This document shows positions 59,615 to 64,000 of a stretch of DNA of 64,000 nt, in pieces. The translations under genes were made by a program, and so were the position numbers. The stretch is from NCBI GenBank assembly GCA_964618765.1, contig CAZUDZ010000001.1, positions 69,826-133,825 of the forward strand. Reading direction: 5' to 3'. This stretch comes from an uncultured Candidatus Saccharibacteria bacterium. Its GTDB lineage: Bacteria; Patescibacteriota; Dojkabacteria; SC72. Below the pieces are notes generated by a model. The model saw only the letters and a list, made by a program, of their open reading frames with translations. It was not told where the DNA came from and did not search any database. The first letter of the stretch is position 1; every line of letters begins with the position of its first letter.

Positions 59615-59953
59615 CTACAATGATTTAACTAGAAATGAAAAAACTTCAGGATTATTTACTGCTAAATCAGCTAATACCTTCCTGTTTAATTCTATTTTAT
59701 TATCCCTAATCTTTTTTATGAAGTCTTTGTATTGTATATCATTCTGTTTACAGGCTGCATTTATTTTAGGTATCCAGATTCTCCTCATTTGGGCACCTCT
59801 TTTCTGTCTATGATCGTATGCATACTGTCCTGCATGAAGATAGGCTTCGTTAGCTACTTTGTAGAGTTTGCTTTTAGTTAACCTATATCCTTTAGTTTGT
59901 TTAAGGATTTTTTTATGTCTTCTTTTTCTTGTTGTTCCTCCTTTAACTCTCAT
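59615..59953 (-). CDS. rplT: 50S ribosomal protein L20
   Basis: MRVKGG..RKRRHKKILK..KGY...LNRKVLADLA. Confidence 0.97.
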   Translation of the reverse strand: MRVKGGTTRKRRHKKILKQTKGYRLTKSKLYKVANEAYLHAGQYAYDHRQKRGAQMRRIWIPKINAACKQNDIQYKDFIKKIRDNKIELNRKVLADLAVNNPEVFSFLVKSL

Positions 59954-59963
59954 ACTTTTTTAA

Positions 59964-60176
59964 TTAAAGATTAACTATTTTTCTAATTAATGCCTTCCTG
60001 TTAGATTTGTCTACCTGTGCATTGTCTTTCTGCCTTCTCTTCTGTCTAGAAGATTTCTTTGTTCTTAGATGGTTTTGATGACTTTGCACATACATTAGTT
60101 TAGGAGATTTATTTCCTCTTGGCTTGGACAGCTTAATTCTTTTCCTTGCGGTTTTATTTGTCTTTTGTCTTGCCAT
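59964..60176 (-). CDS. rpmI: 50S ribosomal protein L35
   Basis: KTNKTARKRIK...NHLRTKKS; lies between infC and rplT. Confidence 0.88.
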   Translation of the reverse strand: MARQKTNKTARKRIKLSKPRGNKSPKLMYVQSHQNHLRTKKSSRQKRRQKDNAQVDKSNRKALIRKIVNL

Positions 60177-60681
60177 TTGAAGTAAATGTTATTGAAATCC
60201 TATTTCCCATTTGCTTGGTTTCGGCTTCGATACTACTATAATCATCAAAATTAGTCAATATTTCAGCAAAAACCTCTTTTGCTAGAGCCATTGGTTGTCT
60301 ACCCTTTTTCTGCATTACTAGTTTGACAGGGTGTCCCTTATCTAAGTACTCCTTTGCTCTTTTTACTCTATGTTCGATATCTCCATCTTCTATCACAGGG
60401 GAGAACCTAAATTCTTTCTGTTCTTTGGCTTTGCCTTTACTGGCTCCTCTTTGCTTTTTGTTTTGTTCGTACAGGTATTTAGAAAAATCCATTATTTTAC
60501 ATACTGGTGGTGATACATTAGGGCCAACTTCTACAAGATCAAGTTCAGCTTTTTTTGCTAGGTCAAGTGCCTTTGCAGTCACCATTACTCCCAGATTTTC
60601 TCCTTCCTGGTCTATTAACTGCACTTGATTTACTCTAATATATTCATTGATCCGAGGTCCTTTGTTTTTTCTAAAATCCAT
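60154..60681 (-). CDS. infC: Translation initiation factor IF-3
   Basis: RINEYIR, LDLVEV.P..PPVCKIMD, KEFRF. Confidence 0.96.
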   Translation of the reverse strand: MDFRKNKGPRINEYIRVNQVQLIDQEGENLGVMVTAKALDLAKKAELDLVEVGPNVSPPVCKIMDFSKYLYEQNKKQRGASKGKAKEQKEFRFSPVIEDGDIEHRVKRAKEYLDKGHPVKLVMQKKGRQPMALAKEVFAEILTNFDDYSSIEAETKQMGNRISITFTSNGKTKDK

Positions 60682-60707
60682 TTATTAATTAATTTGTTTT
60701 AAATTAT

Positions 60708-62486
60708 TTATTGACCATTTTTGGTAAAAGACTCTTTGTTCCTGATTTCTTCCTTTAGGTTGTCTATGAATTCTTGAATCTTCATTAGCCCTTCTTCTTT
60801 GTTTCTTCTTGCTCTAACAGATACAGTTTCTGTTTCTATTTCTTTGTCTCCTACTACTATGATGTATGGGATTTTCATTTTCTCTGCATCTCTGATTCTA
60901 GATTGCATGCTCTTGTTTCTGTCATCCATTTTAACTCTAAGATTGGCTGTTTTTAGTTGGTCAAAAACCTGTTGAGCATATTTGGTGTGCTTCTCTGAGA
61001 TTGGGATTACATATACCTGCTCGGGGGTAAACCATAGGGGGAAATCTCCTCCGTGGTGTTCTATGAGGAATGCAAAGAACCTTTCAAAAGATCCTATTAG
61101 TGCTCTGTGTATTATATATGGTCTTTTCTCTTGGCCATCTGAATCGATATATGTGATGTCAAATCTTTCAGGGAAATTGAAGTCGAGCTGTATTGTAGAA
61201 ACTGAATCTTCTTTCCCGAAGACATTTACTGCCTGGATATCTATTTTGGGGCCATAGAAGGCTGCATCTCCTGGTATTTCTTCAAATTCAACTCCTCTAT
61301 CTACAAGTACTTTTCTAAGAGTTTCTTCTGCGATTTGCCATTTCTCAGGATCTCCTACATATTTCTCTTTCTGTTCTTCTTTCTTGCCTGAGAGAGAAAG
61401 TCGGAATTTGTAATTGTCAAATCCTACATCTTTGTAAAAGATATCAAGTAAATCTAGCGTCTCATTAATTACTTGTTCTAGTTGCTCTGGGGTACAGAAG
61501 AGATGTGCATCGTTTTGTGTAAAGCCTCTTACTCTTTGTAATCCGTGTAGCTCTCCCGATTTCTCGTATCTGTATACTGTACCAAATTCTCCTAATTTGT
61601 ATGGTAGCTCCCTGTAGCTCTTGGGAGTTAATTTGTATACCATCATTGCTGCTGGACAATTCATGGGTTTAAGATAGTAGGTCTCATCCTCTACCTCAAT
61701 TGGTGCATACATGGAGTCTTTGTAGAAATCTAAATGACCAGAGGTTTCAAAAAGGACTTTTTTGTTAATATGTGGAGTTAGTATATGTTCATATCCTGCA
61801 TCTCTTTCTAGTTCTAGCATGTAGTTTTCTAGTATGGTACGCATCATATATCCTCTAGGAAGCCATACAGGTAATCCCTGTCCTATCTCATTAATTATTG
61901 CAAAGAGTTCTAACTGCTTACCTAATTTTCTGTGATTTCTTTTTTCTAATTCTTCTTGTCCTTTTAAGTATTCATTTAGCTCCTCCTTACTCTCAAAGGC
62001 TGTCCCGTATATTCTAGTTAACATCTCGCTCTCTTCATCTCCTCTCCAGTAAGCTCCTGCAGTTTTTGTTAACTTAATGGCACCAATATCTTTGGTGTTT
62101 TCCACATGAGGACCTCTACAAAGATCTGCAAACTCATTTTCTCCTGTTACAAAAAAGCTAAATTCGTTTCCTTCTAATTCATCAAGTAATTCTAATTTAT
62201 ATACCTGATCAGTTTTTTTAAGATATTTTTCTGCCTCTTCTTTATTCATCATTATTTGTTTGAAAGGGAGTTTCTGCTTTATGATTTTTTTCATCTCCTT
62301 CTCTATTTTAGGCAGGTCTTCTTCCTCTATGGGTTCACTAAATTCAAAGTCGTAGTAGAAACCATTCTCTATGGCAGGTCCTATACCTAGCTTTGTGTCT
62401 GGGTAGAGCTTAAGTACAGCTTGAGCTAGTATATGGGAAGCGGAGTGTCTTATAATTTCTAATTTTGATTTTTGTTCAGAGTCCAT
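60708..62486 (-). CDS. thrS: Threonine-tRNA ligase, no TGS domain
   Basis: RHSASHILA, DLCRGPH, KPMNCP, RVRGFTQNDAH, IHRA. Confidence 0.97.
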   Translation of the reverse strand: MDSEQKSKLEIIRHSASHILAQAVLKLYPDTKLGIGPAIENGFYYDFEFSEPIEEEDLPKIEKEMKKIIKQKLPFKQIMMNKEEAEKYLKKTDQVYKLELLDELEGNEFSFFVTGENEFADLCRGPHVENTKDIGAIKLTKTAGAYWRGDEESEMLTRIYGTAFESKEELNEYLKGQEELEKRNHRKLGKQLELFAIINEIGQGLPVWLPRGYMMRTILENYMLELERDAGYEHILTPHINKKVLFETSGHLDFYKDSMYAPIEVEDETYYLKPMNCPAAMMVYKLTPKSYRELPYKLGEFGTVYRYEKSGELHGLQRVRGFTQNDAHLFCTPEQLEQVINETLDLLDIFYKDVGFDNYKFRLSLSGKKEEQKEKYVGDPEKWQIAEETLRKVLVDRGVEFEEIPGDAAFYGPKIDIQAVNVFGKEDSVSTIQLDFNFPERFDITYIDSDGQEKRPYIIHRALIGSFERFFAFLIEHHGGDFPLWFTPEQVYVIPISEKHTKYAQQVFDQLKTANLRVKMDDRNKSMQSRIRDAEKMKIPYIIVVGDKEIETETVSVRARRNKEEGLMKIQEFIDNLKEEIRNKESFTKNGQ

Positions 62487-62657
62487 TGTTAAATAGATAA
62501 AGTTAAGTTAATGTTTGGGAAAAACAGTATCATTAGAAAAGGTTTGTTGAAAAAACGATTTTAGACAATTTCTCTTTTTTTGTACCAAATTGTTTATACA
62601 TTCCTCTCATTTTATATTTTTATATACAATTTTGCAATTAGTTAGAATATTTTAGGA

Positions 62658-63398
62658 TTAAGTCTTAATGATGTAAAAGGATATGGTGTTTAATCCAAAG
62701 TCATATGATTCGAAGAGTTTGATGTTGTCCAGTGAGAGTTTTTCTAAAGGATATCTCTTAGGATGTTTTAAAATTAACACACCTTTAAACTCTTTTTTTG
62801 ACTTGTCTTGTACTCCTGTGAGTAGATTGCTTGCCATGTTTACAATCTCTTCCATTTTATGTGTTGTTTTTGTATTAAAGAGTTTGTATGGAGGATCTAG
62901 AAAGATTATATCAAAGGGCTCTATTGGATCCCCATTGTTCTTTTTGTAAAGGTACTCCTCTACCTTCGACTTTATGATTTCTGTATCTAGTAAGAAACCA
63001 GTGTGAGTTACATTTTTTTCAAGAACAAAGTAGGCACTTTTAGATGCTTCTACAAATGTAGTATGCATTGCTCCTCTAGAGAGGGCTTCTAATCCAAATG
63101 AACCGGTACCAGCATAGAGGTCTAAGACTTTCTTTTTGAAGATATCTTTTTGTAGTATATCGAATATTTGAACTTTCATCCTATCAGTTAATGGTCTTGT
63201 GGTTTTAGGGATTTCTAGTTTAAAATTTTTTGCTTTTCCTGCGGTTATTCTTACGAATGTTTTAATGGTTGGTTCTTTGTGTAGAAATTTTTCTCTAAGG
63301 AAAACTCTTTCTCTTTCATCAAACTCTTCTGGAGTTTCTACTTTCCATTTGTTTCTTTCCTTCCTTAATTTTTTCGCAGAATCGTATTTTAGGCTCAT
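62658..63398 (-). CDS. rsmD: 16S rRNA m2G966 methyltransferase RsmD family
   Basis: RITAG, TRPLTDR, LDLYAGTGSFGLEALSRGA, FLDPPY. Confidence 0.9.
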   Translation of the reverse strand: MSLKYDSAKKLRKERNKWKVETPEEFDERERVFLREKFLHKEPTIKTFVRITAGKAKNFKLEIPKTTRPLTDRMKVQIFDILQKDIFKKKVLDLYAGTGSFGLEALSRGAMHTTFVEASKSAYFVLEKNVTHTGFLLDTEIIKSKVEEYLYKKNNGDPIEPFDIIFLDPPYKLFNTKTTHKMEEIVNMASNLLTGVQDKSKKEFKGVLILKHPKRYPLEKLSLDNIKLFESYDFGLNTISFYIIKT

Positions 63399-63422
63399 AT
63401 CTGCATATTATATACCATTGGC

Positions 63423-64000
63423 TTACTTATCAACATTTATACCTCCCATTTTAAGACCACCCATTTTAAGGGAGGTGTTCTCTATTTTGTCCACAAAAGT
63501 TCCTGTACTTGACCAGCTACTTGGGAAGTCATCTGTATCCCAGAATTTAATTCTCCAGTAATATGTTGATCCTGAGGTTCCTGTGAGTGCTGTCCCATTA
63601 TATTCTATAGGTGGACAGGATGCGTTGGAAGGGGTTGAGCTCATGGCTGTCTTTGGGCTGTTCCATAGATTTATTACAGAGAAATTGCTTACGCTAGTTA
63701 TTTGTATTTGGTAGTATGCTCCGAAGTCATCATTGCTGTCTGAGAATACTGCGGAGAATTTTGGTTTTACAGAAAGGATATATGATGGATTTGTTTGACC
63801 TTCTACTCTGAGATCTGATGGTGCTGCAGGAGGCCCTGACATTGTAAAGTGAGTAGTTTCGGACCAATCAGATTGATTATCTATTGTGTCCCAGAATCGA
63901 ATTCTCCAATAGTAGGTGTTACCATTAAATGTTAAAGCAGTCCCCCCATATGTTATATCAGTAGATCTATGTCCGTTAGGGATGGAGGTAATGGATGTTT
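63423..64000 (-). CDS. C-terminal part of a large surface protein with tandem FN3/Ig-like repeats; starts beyond window
   Basis: Frame stays open to the window end; two repeat units, YGGTALTFNGNTYYWRIRFWD...SDWS and YNGTALTG...TYYWRIKFWD...SSWS. Confidence 0.75.
   Translation of the reverse strand, partial: TSITSIPNGHRSTDITYGGTALTFNGNTYYWRIRFWDTIDNQSDWSETTHFTMSGPPAAPSDLRVEGQTNPSYILSVKPKFSAVFSDSNDDFGAYYQIQITSVSNFSVINLWNSPKTAMSSTPSNASCPPIEYNGTALTGTSGSTYYWRIKFWDTDDFPSSWSSTGTFVDKIENTSLKMGGLKMGGINVDK

Noticed and set aside
62487-62657. T-box or leader peptide upstream of thrS
   Set aside because: No T-box GGTGGNACC motif; the 22-codon ORF is not Thr-rich.

Overview
AT-rich bacterial chromosome segment using genetic code 11. 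Gene content and style suggest a Patescibacteria/CPR genome, plausibly Ca. Dojkabacteria: sortases, a monoderm-type type IV pilus cluster without secretin, trigger factor lacking the PPIase domain, and many leaderless genes. This taxonomic call is inference only. Core blocks are glycosylation genes, vanY-like/sortase, gyrB-orf-gyrA, holB, a pilB/T/C/pilins/pilD/RR/pilMNO cluster, rpmF-nusB-rnc-rpsP-khpA, a membrane-anchored Clp ATPase, tig-clpP, a degenerate PEP synthase, mutS, hisS, PBP1A, and thrS-infC-rpmI-rplT-pheST. An accessory region (~30.3-39.6 kb) starts at a 65-bp REP-like tandem array and contains tRNA-Val(GAC). The most striking observation lies downstream of that tRNA: five co-oriented, degenerate ~34-bp sites resembling the tRNA 3' end each separate single-gene units (ASCH, VOC, S41 peptidase, HD remnant, Erm-like methylase, MazG-like pseudogene). 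This looks like an integron-like, tRNA-anchored cassette array, with no integrase in the window. All calls come from reading the sequence; no database searches were run.
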